42,067 nucleotides of DNA from Myxococcales bacterium (GTDB taxonomy: Bacteria > Myxococcota > B64-G9), in NCBI GenBank assembly GCA_027031935.1, contig JALVPF010000173.1:1-42067 (forward strand). Reading direction: 5' to 3'. Position 1 is the stretch's first letter. Each line of letters begins with the position of its first letter. This document shows, one piece after another, positions 18,720 to 28,428 of this stretch. Made by a program: the position numbers and the translations under genes. The notes below the pieces were generated by a model. The model saw only the letters and a program-made list of their open reading frames with translations, did no database searches and was not told the origin of the DNA.

Positions 18720-18966
18720 TCATCTTGAAGCATGAGCCAAGATATTGATAAAAAGGCTTTTATTTTTGTTTTCGAAATAGCAAGCTTTTCCTTGTGCCAA
18801 GGCAAGCCTCCAGGATTACTGACATTTTGATCAAGCCCGGGCTGATGCCTTGGCCCACCATGTCTCGTATGAGTTGACTTCCACGGAGATTTCTTCGACA
18901 CTACAGGCAATTGAAGAGTGTTTGGGCAGGACAAAACTGTGGCCTCTTTTCACGGGGTGTTCCAAA

Positions 18967-19449
18967 ATGGGAACAGTACAGATTCCAGATCAGAAGACCT
19001 TGCCTTCTTCGGACAAAGAGATTGTGGATATCCCACGTGTTGGTTTTTTGATGTGGATATTGTTGGGCTGTCTGCTCATTCCACCAGCGGTGGTGACTTT
19101 CTTGGGTAACATGCTTGGACCGATTCCAAACCAGAGGATTTGGATCATGCTGCTGGGCCTGCCCATTCCCCTGCTTCTGGTCCTAATGCCCAGAAGGTAC
19201 TCAATCAAGGGAGACCTCCTCGTGATTTCCGGCTTCCTCTACAGGATTAGTGTACCGCTTTCCAGCATTGTTTCAGTGCAAGCGGTCGGTAAAATGAAAG
19301 CACTTTTGGCACCCGGGTCCATATTTTGTTCGGACCCGTCAAATGCACTCCTCGTAAAAAGAAAGGGAAAGATGGCGCTGGTAATAAGCCCAAGAAAAAA
19401 AGAGCCCTTCCTTGCTCTCAACAATGTCTCCGTACAGGCTCAGGCCTGA
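18967..19449 (+). CDS. Membrane protein, two TMs plus bacterial PH-like domain (start uncertain)
   Basis: Two hydrophobic helices then Y.I.GD.L.I.SG...I.VPLSSI.SV and LVISP...E.FL. Confidence 0.6.
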   Translation: MGTVQIPDQKTLPSSDKEIVDIPRVGFLMWILLGCLLIPPAVVTFLGNMLGPIPNQRIWIMLLGLPIPLLLVLMPRRYSIKGDLLVISGFLYRISVPLSSIVSVQAVGKMKALLAPGSIFCSDPSNALLVKRKGKMALVISPRKKEPFLALNNVSVQAQA

Positions 19450-19468
19450 AGAACATGGGGGGTGTGAC

Positions 19469-20317
19469 ATGAATGTCAGAGCACCGGTTTTTGCCCTGCA
19501 GGGTTGGTATCCTGTGGACCAGGACAGATGCAGCAAGACTCTGGATGATTTTCTGGGTAGCTTCAAGACAGGCACCGCAGGGCTTTTTGCCGGAATAGTT
19601 CCTCACGCCGGGTGGGTTTTTTCGGGGCGACTGGCCGCATGGACAATAGCTGCGCTCAGGCAGGTCAGTCCCGAGCTTGTCTTCGTATTTGGTGGACACC
19701 TGGGCCCGGGCCATCGACCTGTGTGCATGACAGACGGAGCATGGGCAACACCCTTGGGAGAGATAGAGGTACATCATGAGCTGGCTCGGGAGATTGCTGA
19801 AAGATTTGATTGTGTGAGGGAGACTCCGGAAAGCTTTGAGCCGGATAACACCATCGAGTTACAGTTGCCAATTATAAAAAAGCTATGGCCGGAGGCAAGG
19901 CTTGTAGCGGTACAGGTGCCTCCAAGGGCTGAGACCATGGCCATTGGTCAGTGGGCGGCTGCAGAGGTAAAGAAGAGGGGGCTTGTTTCCGTAGCCATAG
20001 GTTCTACGGATTTGACCCACTATGGTTCACCTTATGGGTTTGAGCCAAAGGGCACGGGACACGAGGCGCATCAATGGTCAAAGCAAAACGACAGGGGGTT
20101 CATCGATCACATGCTCGCGCTTCAGGTTGAACAAGCGGTGCAGCATGCATTGGTAAACCACTCGGCATGTTGTCCCGGGGCTGCCGGAGCTGCAGCCCTG
20201 TTTGCAAAGCAGATGGGAGCAAGCAAGGGCAAACTCGTAGATCATCTGACCAGCTATGAAATAGAGGGATCTGGCGAACCAGGAATGTGGGTGGGATATG
20301 CCGGCATGGTCTTTTGA
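19469..20317 (+). CDS. amrB: Memo-family protein (AmmeMemoRadiSam protein B)
   Basis: GWYP, IVPHAGWVFSG, WATPLGEI, DNTIELQLP, STDLTHYG, ACC, VGYAGMVF. Confidence 0.88.
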   Translation: MNVRAPVFALQGWYPVDQDRCSKTLDDFLGSFKTGTAGLFAGIVPHAGWVFSGRLAAWTIAALRQVSPELVFVFGGHLGPGHRPVCMTDGAWATPLGEIEVHHELAREIAERFDCVRETPESFEPDNTIELQLPIIKKLWPEARLVAVQVPPRAETMAIGQWAAAEVKKRGLVSVAIGSTDLTHYGSPYGFEPKGTGHEAHQWSKQNDRGFIDHMLALQVEQAVQHALVNHSACCPGAAGAAALFAKQMGASKGKLVDHLTSYEIEGSGEPGMWVGYAGMVF

Positions 20318-20339
20318 TGAAGAAATTGCGGGGTCAGGC

Positions 20340-21041
20340 CTACTCTATACGGAAAAGATCGGGAGACATGGCTTTGTTCGCGTCCAGCGCATCTACGGTA
20401 CATGCGTCAATGAGTTCACCGTCAGAGCGAACTTCTATTCTCTGCGGAAACCAGTCACCGGTGGTCCTGCTTCCCCACTGTGACCATTGTATGTCTATGA
20501 GGTGCTTTTTTTCTTCCACCATCAATCTCAAAGGCAGGTACCTGTCCTTGTCCAGCCAGAACTGTGGACGATCCCTCTCCCACTCCTTTGCCCCGAGTAC
20601 CACAGCCAACCTGGACCCCGCCCTCGTGAGAGTGTTGACCTTGGTGTCTACATTGACCGAACGCATGAGTCTTACCCACCTGTCTGCCGAGACGCTCTTT
20701 TCCACAAAGAACAGATATTGAAGAAAAACCCAGGAGGGAAGAACTTCGGCTTTTTTCCCTGGAGTTTTTTCCACACACTTGTTCTTGTTGCAGATGATCA
20801 GGGAGCCTTCAGACTTTTCGCGTCTGACCATTCTCGGCCTTTTCAGCAGGAGTTTTTCCTTGTGCTGTTGCTGTCCTGGTAAACCACATGTCATCTGTAT
20901 GGTGTATGTTCGAACTCCCATGGCTTCTTTTTTGTGTTCCATCTTTCCCATGAGCCATGAAGCGTGTGGAATGTGGGCGATGGCCGTTGTTGCCAGGGCC
21001 AAGCTTGTCGTGATGATGAGTAATCTTGCAATGTTTCTCAT
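20340..21041 (-). CDS. Exported hypothetical protein, possibly LolA-like fold
   Basis: Signal peptide; LKRPRMVRRE, QFWLDKDRYLPLRL, WFPQRIEV, terminal PDLF; SD GGAGG. Confidence 0.5.
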   Translation of the reverse strand: MRNIARLLIITTSLALATTAIAHIPHASWLMGKMEHKKEAMGVRTYTIQMTCGLPGQQQHKEKLLLKRPRMVRREKSEGSLIICNKNKCVEKTPGKKAEVLPSWVFLQYLFFVEKSVSADRWVRLMRSVNVDTKVNTLTRAGSRLAVVLGAKEWERDRPQFWLDKDRYLPLRLMVEEKKHLIDIQWSQWGSRTTGDWFPQRIEVRSDGELIDACTVDALDANKAMSPDLFRIE

Positions 21042-21152
21042 GGGCTGCCTCCAGTCAGGTGATCATACAATCCCAAGCCTTGAGTCTTGTCAATGCCGAG
21101 TGCACACAATATTATCAACATCCAGAAGACCTGGAACAAAAAGGAGGTTGTG

Positions 21153-21365
21153 GTGAGGACCTGTGACAGGGAAAAGAATCTGAAAAATTGCAATTGTACT
21201 TACGAACCATGCAGCAGGAAAGGCATATGCTGCGAGTGTGTGTCCTATCATCGCTCCCTGGGCCAGTTGCCGGCGTGCTTTTTTCCCGATGACGTTGAAA
21301 AGACTTTCGATCGTTCATATGCCAGGTTCGCTGAGACGGTGATGTCACGACAAGCATGGTGGTAG
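21153..21365 (+). CDS. Small Cys-rich protein, DUF6485-like
   Basis: CNCTYEPCSRKGICCECVSYHR...LPACFF; GTG start after AGGAGG. Confidence 0.75.
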   Translation: MRTCDREKNLKNCNCTYEPCSRKGICCECVSYHRSLGQLPACFFPDDVEKTFDRSYARFAETVMSRQAWW

Positions 21366-21393
21366 GTGGGAGAAGAAATCGGGTAGACCCTGA

Positions 21394-21948
21394 TTACCGG
21401 ATCTCCAGTCGCGAGATGAAGTCATCGAGGGACACGAACTCGAACACATAGCGCCAGAAAGAGATAATGTCTCCAGAAGTCAGGGCTATCCGTTTTTTGG
21501 CCTTTATTCGTTGTCCGTTTAGCACCGAGCCGTTCAGAGACGCCATGTCCTGTATTTTGTAATTCAGTTTTGAATCAGGCAAAAACGATGCGTGAAGCTT
21601 GGATATCTTTGGGGAGCGAATTATCACGTCGTTGTTGCGCGCCCTGCCAACGGTGATTTTTGATGCATAAGCGTTTCTATTGGATTTTTTCAGCGGTATG
21701 ACACGTATATGGTTGGTGGCATTCTTGAGTTCGGAAAGCTTCGGAAGGGATGATTCAGAGGTCTCCAGGTCCATCCATTCGTCTTTTTGTGGGGGGCTAT
21801 GCTGAAGAATCAGAAAGGCGCAGTTATAAGTCTTTCTGAATTTTTCCGAGCCATTCTGTTCAAGCTCTTCGGCAAGGGCCTTCAGTCCGGTGGAATTCAA
21901 TCCAAACTCGTCCAGGGTCTTCAGATCCATGCTTGGTTGTCGTGACAT
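21394..21948 (-). CDS. FHA domain protein
   Basis: VGRARNNDV, ISKLHA, DMASLNGSVLNG, LTSGDII; the phospho-Thr-binding motif positions are present. Confidence 0.88.
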   Translation of the reverse strand: MSRQPSMDLKTLDEFGLNSTGLKALAEELEQNGSEKFRKTYNCAFLILQHSPPQKDEWMDLETSESSLPKLSELKNATNHIRVIPLKKSNRNAYASKITVGRARNNDVIIRSPKISKLHASFLPDSKLNYKIQDMASLNGSVLNGQRIKAKKRIALTSGDIISFWRYVFEFVSLDDFISRLEIR

Positions 21949-21954
21949 TGTGTC

Positions 21955-21982
21955 ATGGTAACTCAGACAAGATGTAAGTCAA
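21955..21982 (-). promoter_or_regulatory. Sigma70-type promoter, possibly leaderless, for the FHA gene
   Basis: TTGACT-N16-TACCAT ending 6 nt before the ATG; no SD. Confidence 0.45.
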
Positions 21983-21987
21983 GGGCG

Positions 21988-22003
21988 TTTGCAAATTTGC
22001 AAA
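21988..22003. promoter_or_regulatory. Perfect 16-bp palindrome in a divergent promoter region
   Basis: TTTGCAAATTTGCAAA between the FHA and clostripain genes. Confidence 0.5.
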
Positions 22004-22064
22004 TCACATGATAAGAAACAACGTTCTTTTGGTGTCCATTTTAACAATTATGAGAGGTGAGAAA

Positions 22065-25000
22065 ATGAAGTCGATGCGCTTGATGGTTCTCTCTGTGGCT
22101 TGGGCATGCCTGTTACCCTTGTCGTTTTATGGATGTTCGGGCGGTGGGGATGATCTGGTTTGTATGCCTGATTCGTGCAGTTCCCATGGCGAATGTAATG
22201 ATTCCTCAGGTGAGATAGTGTGTTCGTGTGAGCAAGGATACACGGGCGCACATTGCGGAGCCTGCGCAGAAGGCTACCAGGACAACGATGGTGATGGCTC
22301 CTGTCTCGAAAGCTGCTCTGATGATTATTGCTCTGGTCATGGAACATGCAGCGATGCACAGGGTACTGCATCCTGTGAGTGTGAAGATGGCTATTCCGGT
22401 GAAAAATGCACGGATTGTGCGGATGGTTATCAGGACAACGACGAAGATGGAACCTGTCTTCAGTCCTGTGCTTCTCTTTCGTGGGACTGTGCCAATCACG
22501 GCTCTTGTGTGGATGATTCCGGGGTAGCCATGTGTCAGTGTGACTCTGGATACCAGGATAATGATGCAGATGGCACGTGTACGGAGGATTGCACAACCGC
22601 AGATCTGGAGTGTGGGGATCATGGCAGCTGCGATGATTCGGCTGGACAGGCTCAGTGTGCATGCGAAGAAGCATGGGGTGGTGATACCTGTGATGTCTGT
22701 GCGGACGGATACCAGGACAATGATGCAGATGGAACATGCGAGATAGCGTGTGGTGTTGGCGTCCTTGATTGCGGAGAACATGGTTACTGTGTGGACTCTT
22801 CCGGACACGTGGAATGCAAGTGCGTTACCGGACACACCGGTGATGACTGCTCCGAGTGTGCAGATGGCTATCAGGACAATGACGGTGACGGTGCATGCCA
22901 ACCCGGGTGCGATTTGTTCGGTGGTTCTTGTGGAACTCATGGACACTGTGATGATTCCACGGGTGAGACCATGTGCGTTTGTGATGAAGGACACATTGGT
23001 GATGATTGTGCTACCTGCGATGATGGCTATCAGGACAACAACTCTGATGGGTATTGTCTACCCACTTGTGAAACTTCCTCGTTGAATTGCGGTCAACATG
23101 GAGACTGCAGCGATTCGTCAGGTTTTGCTACATGCGATTGCCAGGAAGGATACGCAGGAGATTTATGCGATCTGTGCAGTGGTGGATATCAGGACAATGA
23201 TGGAGACGGCGTTTGCACTGTTGATTGTTTCCATGCAGACTTGTCATGCGGAAACAACGCCATGTGTGATGATTCGGAAGGCACTGCTGTATGTGTTTGC
23301 AACGAGGGCTATGCAGGAGACAATTGTGACACATGTGCTGATGGTTACCAGGACAACGATGACAACCAAACCTGTATGCCGACCTGTGGTCAGTTGGGCT
23401 GGGATTGTTCCAACCATGGTTCGTGTGATGATTCGGGCGGCATTGCCCTTTGTCAGTGTGATGAGCAATACACGGGCAGTCAGTGCGATCAGTGTGCTGC
23501 CGGCTATCAGGACAATGATGGGGATGGGGTTTGTTCTGTCGCTTGTTCAGCAGCGAGCTTGAATTGTGGAGCAAACAGCCACTGTGATGATTCCACAGGC
23601 ACGGCAGGATGTGTGTGCGATGATGGTTACGTTGGAGCAAACTGTGACCAATGTGCTGATGGCTACCAGGACACGGACATGAATGGTTCCTGCATGCCCA
23701 CTTGTGAAAGCCTGGCGTGGGATTGTTCCGGTCATGGTACATGTACCTATGAGTCGGGAGAAGCTGTTTGCGCCTGTGAAGAGGGGTATTTTGACGACGG
23801 CGTCGGTCATTGTATCGTTGTAGGTGCGGGTGAAAATTGCATGGCGCCTTTGCCCTTGGATCTTTCCCAGACGCTTGTAAGTGGTGACACCACTGGAATG
23901 GGAAACGACAATGAAGGCTCTTGCGCCAGCAGCAGCCACAGTGCTGATGATGTAGTGTACGTGTTTTCAGTGGTTCAACCACTTCACGTGGTCTTCGAGG
24001 TCACTGGCTTCGATACGATCATGTATATCAGAAGCACCTGTGATGATGCAGCTTCGGAGATCGAATGTAATGATGATGGAGGGGAAGGTCTGGGCTCTTT
24101 ACTGGATCTGAATTTATCTGTTGGAACCTACTACCTGTTCATAGATGGGTACTCTTCCGGTTCGGGCCAATACGATTTGAGCATACAGGTTTCCTGTGGA
24201 GACGGGCTTATTTATGATCCGCAGAGCGGTGATTGCATAGATGATCCCTGCCTGCCCAATCCGTGTAATGAGCAGAACATGCATGTTTGTGAACCCGTGT
24301 TGCCGGCGTCATTTACCTGCAGTTGTGACCCTGGCTATATCGACGATCCTCAAAATCCAGGTACCTGCATACCCGATCCCAATCCCCATGGTGAGGCCTG
24401 TGCTGATGCAATGCCTCTGACCGTTGGTGAGGGTACGCTTACCGGAACAACCTCTGACGCGAATGATGATGCCCGTGGATCATGCGGAGGCAATGGTCCT
24501 GATCGGGTGTATGGATTTGTCATAGACGAACCCATGAGAGCCGAGTTCGAGATGAGCGGTTACGACACCGTTTTGCACCTCCGAACTACCTGTGATGATC
24601 CCGACAGTCAGATTGCATGTGATGATGAAGGTGGATCTGCTCATGGCTCCAAGATTACCGAGATGCTGGATCCAGGTACATACTATCTCTGGGCGGATTC
24701 CTGGTCCAGCGGTGGCGACTACGACCTGACTTATTCTTTCAGGACAGATCCCTGTAATCCGGATCCGTGTCCTGGTACTCCCGAGTGTGTAGCATCGTTC
24801 GATTGGACTTCTTATGAGTGTGTATGTCCTGAAGGTACCCTTCCCTTTGATGGCGATTGTGTGGATGATCCCTGTGATCCAAACGAGTGCGTCGAGGAAC
24901 ACAAGAACAAGTGCATACCTGAGTTGCCAGGTGCCTATCATTGCGAATGCAACACAGGGTATATTCCCGACCCGGCAGCCCCTGATACCTGCATCATGGA

Positions 25001-26078
25001 TCCGGATGCCAACGAATGGGCCTTCATTGTCTATCTCAACGCGGACAACAATCTGGAGTCCTATGGATATGAGGATGTCTCAGAAATGGGTCAGGCTGGT
25101 TCGTCTCCATATGTTCACATCGTGGCTCTTTTCGATACATACGCAGGCCCGGCCAATGTCATCTATATTACCCAGGGCGGTTACGACGTGGTGGAAGAGC
25201 GAGGCGAGATCGACATGAGCGATTGGCAGACCCTGAGAGATTTCGGTATCTGGGCCATAGACAATTACCCTGCCCGCCATTATGCCATGATCATGTGGGA
25301 CCATGGTGGCGGCTGGAAAAAGCCCGTGGACAGCCCGGTAACCAAGGGCTTTTCCAACGATGACCATGGTACCGCTTACGAGATTTCAGTATCCAACGGT
25401 GATTATGCACAAGCCTTGGCCGGAATAACAGATCACCTGGGTGACAAGCTGGATATAGTTGGCTTCGATGCATGCCTCATGGGCATGTGGGAGGTTGCAG
25501 ATGCAAGCGCCCCTTATGCTCATTATCTCGTTGCTTCTTCAGAGACGGAGCCCGGTCGCGGATGGGCATACCATGGATTCCTGCCTGGCCTGGTGGCCAA
25601 CTGGCAGATGAGCGCGCTGGAGCTGGCCACGTCCATCGTTGATGCTTTCTACAACGAGGACGCAGGTGACTCTACTCTGGCGGTAACCGATCTGGACACC
25701 ATGGATGATCTGAATGCTGCTATCACGAACTTTGCCAATGTCCTGATGGCCCATCCGGACCTGTATGGCAGCATCAGCAGCGTCAGGGGATCCACTCAGT
25801 CCTTCTACCTGGAGGAGTTCAGGGATCTGCAGGATTTTGCAGAGCGGGTAGCAGCCATGAACGGTGCTCCTTCTGATCTGGTAGATGCGGCAAATGCATT
25901 GGTGGCTCAACTGCAGATCACTATAGCCTACAATCGCGCCCAGTCTGATTATCCTGGTGCCAATGGCTTGAGCGTGTACTTCCCGCAGAGAGGGACCAGC
26001 CCAGATAGCGAGTACACCGGTGCAGGTGCGGTCTGGAGTTTGCACACTACCTGGGATGAGTTCCTGGAATCTTTTTAA
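22065..26078 (+). CDS. Large lipoprotein: EGF-like repeats, two PPC-like domains, C-terminal clostripain (peptidase C11)
   Basis: Lipobox FYG-C; ten GYQDxx..C repeats; GTYYL...D domains; WAFIVYLNADNNL, WDHGGGW (His), GFDACLM (Cys), ASSETEP. Confidence 0.9.
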   Translation: MKSMRLMVLSVAWACLLPLSFYGCSGGGDDLVCMPDSCSSHGECNDSSGEIVCSCEQGYTGAHCGACAEGYQDNDGDGSCLESCSDDYCSGHGTCSDAQGTASCECEDGYSGEKCTDCADGYQDNDEDGTCLQSCASLSWDCANHGSCVDDSGVAMCQCDSGYQDNDADGTCTEDCTTADLECGDHGSCDDSAGQAQCACEEAWGGDTCDVCADGYQDNDADGTCEIACGVGVLDCGEHGYCVDSSGHVECKCVTGHTGDDCSECADGYQDNDGDGACQPGCDLFGGSCGTHGHCDDSTGETMCVCDEGHIGDDCATCDDGYQDNNSDGYCLPTCETSSLNCGQHGDCSDSSGFATCDCQEGYAGDLCDLCSGGYQDNDGDGVCTVDCFHADLSCGNNAMCDDSEGTAVCVCNEGYAGDNCDTCADGYQDNDDNQTCMPTCGQLGWDCSNHGSCDDSGGIALCQCDEQYTGSQCDQCAAGYQDNDGDGVCSVACSAASLNCGANSHCDDSTGTAGCVCDDGYVGANCDQCADGYQDTDMNGSCMPTCESLAWDCSGHGTCTYESGEAVCACEEGYFDDGVGHCIVVGAGENCMAPLPLDLSQTLVSGDTTGMGNDNEGSCASSSHSADDVVYVFSVVQPLHVVFEVTGFDTIMYIRSTCDDAASEIECNDDGGEGLGSLLDLNLSVGTYYLFIDGYSSGSGQYDLSIQVSCGDGLIYDPQSGDCIDDPCLPNPCNEQNMHVCEPVLPASFTCSCDPGYIDDPQNPGTCIPDPNPHGEACADAMPLTVGEGTLTGTTSDANDDARGSCGGNGPDRVYGFVIDEPMRAEFEMSGYDTVLHLRTTCDDPDSQIACDDEGGSAHGSKITEMLDPGTYYLWADSWSSGGDYDLTYSFRTDPCNPDPCPGTPECVASFDWTSYECVCPEGTLPFDGDCVDDPCDPNECVEEHKNKCIPELPGAYHCECNTGYIPDPAAPDTCIMDPDANEWAFIVYLNADNNLESYGYEDVSEMGQAGSSPYVHIVALFDTYAGPANVIYITQGGYDVVEERGEIDMSDWQTLRDFGIWAIDNYPARHYAMIMWDHGGGWKKPVDSPVTKGFSNDDHGTAYEISVSNGDYAQALAGITDHLGDKLDIVGFDACLMGMWEVADASAPYAHYLVASSETEPGRGWAYHGFLPGLVANWQMSALELATSIVDAFYNEDAGDSTLAVTDLDTMDDLNAAITNFANVLMAHPDLYGSISSVRGSTQSFYLEEFRDLQDFAERVAAMNGAPSDLVDAANALVAQLQITIAYNRAQSDYPGANGLSVYFPQRGTSPDSEYTGAGAVWSLHTTWDEFLESF

Positions 26079-26097
26079 TCAGGACTAGGTACGAGAT

Positions 26098-26128
26098 AAA
26101 GACGGGGTCAGACTTTGGCCCCGTCTTT
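26098..26128. terminator. Bidirectional terminator between convergent genes
   Basis: AAAGACGGGGTCA-gact-TTGGCCCCGTCTTT inverted repeat. Confidence 0.8.
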
Positions 26129-27083
26129 ACTTGACTCTGCTCAGCTTCAGGCCTTTTTTTCTCAGTTGTGAAATTACACCAGTGTCTCCCAGGAGATGGC
26201 CAGCGCCAACGGCGAAGAAAAACTTCGTGTCCTTGTTTTCCGAAATCTTTTTAGCCATTCTTTCTGCCATGTGGGTGTTGCGATCGAAAAACAGCCTCTT
26301 CATGATTTTTCTATCCAGCGGATTTTTCGGATCGTAGGTCTCCATCATGGTGTCGTAGAGTTTTTTCTCATCGCCTTTCAGGTAAGCCTCAAGAAGTTCG
26401 GTTACGGGGTCTGAGCCCTTTGCATGGAACTCGTCCAGTTGCTCCAGGGTCTGTTTCAGCATGCGGATCTGTTCTTCCATGGTCAGACTGTCGAAAACGT
26501 CAAGCTGTTCCTTTACCGTCTCTATTCCGCCAACCTTCTTCCCCTTTTTTTGAGCTCTAAGGTAAATCACCATGTCCAGGGGTTGTTTGGAGGCAAACTC
26601 CATGAGGTGATCCAAAAGCACAACTTGTGCGGTAATAGCCCAGATTTTCATTCTGTTCAGGGGGGCAAAAGGAAAACCCTTTGCGGAAAAGAGCCCTTCC
26701 AGTTTCTTGAAGAGCTTCTTGGGTAAAACATCTTCAAGGGTTTTTCCCCCAGGCAGCAACATCTGGCCAGCTACTGAAAGCTGCGTGGCCATGTCCATGG
26801 GGACCTCCGTGTAAAGCTCATCACAGCCATCTATGGCGTCGCTTACTGATTTTGGAAACGCAAGAACCCTGGCGTCTGGTATGTGAATGGTGCCAAAAAT
26901 ATAAGATGGGTGATCCCCCTGGATTTTCCATAGCAAAGGGTGCGACGACAAGGTAGTAGGAGCCATGTTCTTTTTTTGTTTCACGTCTGCTGCAGCACTC
27001 TTGTCGGTTTGAGTGCATGCCATGAAAGCCAAGAGGGTTGAGAATACAATTGTTATGCTGCGTGCGTAAGGCCGTCTGGACAT
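26127..27083 (-). CDS. TraB/GumN (TIKI-like) family lipoprotein
   Basis: LLWKI...SYIFGTIH, LD, GIETVKEQ, DRN, FFAVGAGHLLG; lipobox-like FMA-C; GGAGG before ATG 27083. Confidence 0.9.
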   Translation of the reverse strand: MSRRPYARSITIVFSTLLAFMACTQTDKSAAADVKQKKNMAPTTLSSHPLLWKIQGDHPSYIFGTIHIPDARVLAFPKSVSDAIDGCDELYTEVPMDMATQLSVAGQMLLPGGKTLEDVLPKKLFKKLEGLFSAKGFPFAPLNRMKIWAITAQVVLLDHLMEFASKQPLDMVIYLRAQKKGKKVGGIETVKEQLDVFDSLTMEEQIRMLKQTLEQLDEFHAKGSDPVTELLEAYLKGDEKKLYDTMMETYDPKNPLDRKIMKRLFFDRNTHMAERMAKKISENKDTKFFFAVGAGHLLGDTGVISQLRKKGLKLSRVK

Positions 27084-27197
27084 TGGATCCTCCATTTGGA
27101 TTCAGCCATTTGTTTTCAATAAATTATTGAGCATATTGTTGTGCTTTGCACAAGCATTGTTCTTTAGTATCATGTTTTGCCAGTCAGGAGGCACAAA

Positions 27198-27416
27198 ATG
27201 GAGCCGGGCGAAATAATCTCAAAGCTTGCGGATCGATCAGCCAGAGGCATCCTGGAAGGCCTGGTCGGTATTGCAGTGATAGTAATCGGTATCTATCTGG
27301 CATTTTGGGTCTTCGGGATCGTGCTCAGGGTCATCGTTCTCTTGTTGGTGGCAGGAGCAGCCGTTTACCTGTTTTTCTTGTTGGTGGATTGGGTCAAAAA
27401 ACTCGATGGAAGCTGA
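27198..27416 (+). CDS. Small two-TM membrane protein
   Basis: SD AGGAGG; long hydrophobic run; fills the gap between neighbouring genes. Confidence 0.7.
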   Translation: MEPGEIISKLADRSARGILEGLVGIAVIVIGIYLAFWVFGIVLRVIVLLLVAGAAVYLFFLLVDWVKKLDGS

Positions 27417-27419
27417 AAT

Positions 27420-28427
27420 TCATCTTTCCATCATTACCCGATCGAAAACCTCCTTGATATCCATTATTGAAGTAAAGTCCACATCAACGGGATGTCTTGT
27501 TCCATGGGGGCTTATCAGGACTCCCTTGAAGAATTTTTGCTCGACCTGTTCGAGGTAAAACATGTACTGGCCCTGTACAACCTTGAACGGGATTTTCAAC
27601 CTGAGCCTGCCTTCGTGAGCCCATATCTCCGTATCAGACCCTGTCATCTCGAACAGATAGTCAATACGCAAAGGAGCTATGTCCTCATGTTGCTCCTGGG
27701 TTTGTTTTGTCGGCTGATCCGGTTCTATGGGCTGGGCTGGCTGAGGTGCCTGTTGTGACTGAGGCGATTCTTCGACCATCTCTGTCAGAATCATCACATC
27801 CGATGTTCCTTCGGCAAACCTGTCCCTGGCCTGGAGCTTTTCTTCCTTCTCGCCGTGTTGTTTTGTGACAAGGCTTTGTGTGAGCCTGGCCAACTCATCC
27901 AGGTCCTTGCGGGCATCATGGGTAAGCACGAGGGTTCTATCTTTTGGATCCATGTCCTGAAGGGATCTTCCATCAAGGGATATCAATAAAATGGAGCCTG
28001 GCATTTTCGATACCATCTCTATTTTGATATTCTGAAGCTCTGTGTTACCCCTGAGTCTAAGTATGTCGCGCTCCAGATCCAGGGTGATGCCCATGGCAGC
28101 AATTTCATCGCGCAGAGCCCCGAGACCACCGAGGGCTTGGCCGAGCATTTTTGCGACAGCTTCGCACAGGTGAGACGGATGGGTGAAGCCCAGTATGGAG
28201 AAGGCAGGGAGAGAGCGCAGGAACAAGGGCTGTATAATTTTTATTTTATCTCTGCCTGCTCCATAGATTTTCAGTCTTGTGATGGGCTGTCTCGTCAATG
28301 GGTGTACGAAGGTTCCCCCTACCACAGGGACCCATGCAAGCAAACCACGGCCAGGATCATCTATCTCGAAAGACTCCACCAGGGGCACCAATAGCGATCT
28401 GAGTTGCTGAAATTCTGGAATCGTCAT
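27420..28427 (-). CDS. Hypothetical protein, two globular parts joined by a Q/P linker
   Basis: 335-aa ORF starting 1 nt after the queH stop. Confidence 0.75.
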   Translation of the reverse strand: MTIPEFQQLRSLLVPLVESFEIDDPGRGLLAWVPVVGGTFVHPLTRQPITRLKIYGAGRDKIKIIQPLFLRSLPAFSILGFTHPSHLCEAVAKMLGQALGGLGALRDEIAAMGITLDLERDILRLRGNTELQNIKIEMVSKMPGSILLISLDGRSLQDMDPKDRTLVLTHDARKDLDELARLTQSLVTKQHGEKEEKLQARDRFAEGTSDVMILTEMVEESPQSQQAPQPAQPIEPDQPTKQTQEQHEDIAPLRIDYLFEMTGSDTEIWAHEGRLRLKIPFKVVQGQYMFYLEQVEQKFFKGVLISPHGTRHPVDVDFTSIMDIKEVFDRVMMER

Positions 28428-28428
28428 T

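Noticed and set aside
18779-18800. Second TTGGCAC...TTGC on the minus strand as a sigma54 promoter
   Set aside because: GG-to-GC spacing is 5 nt too long.
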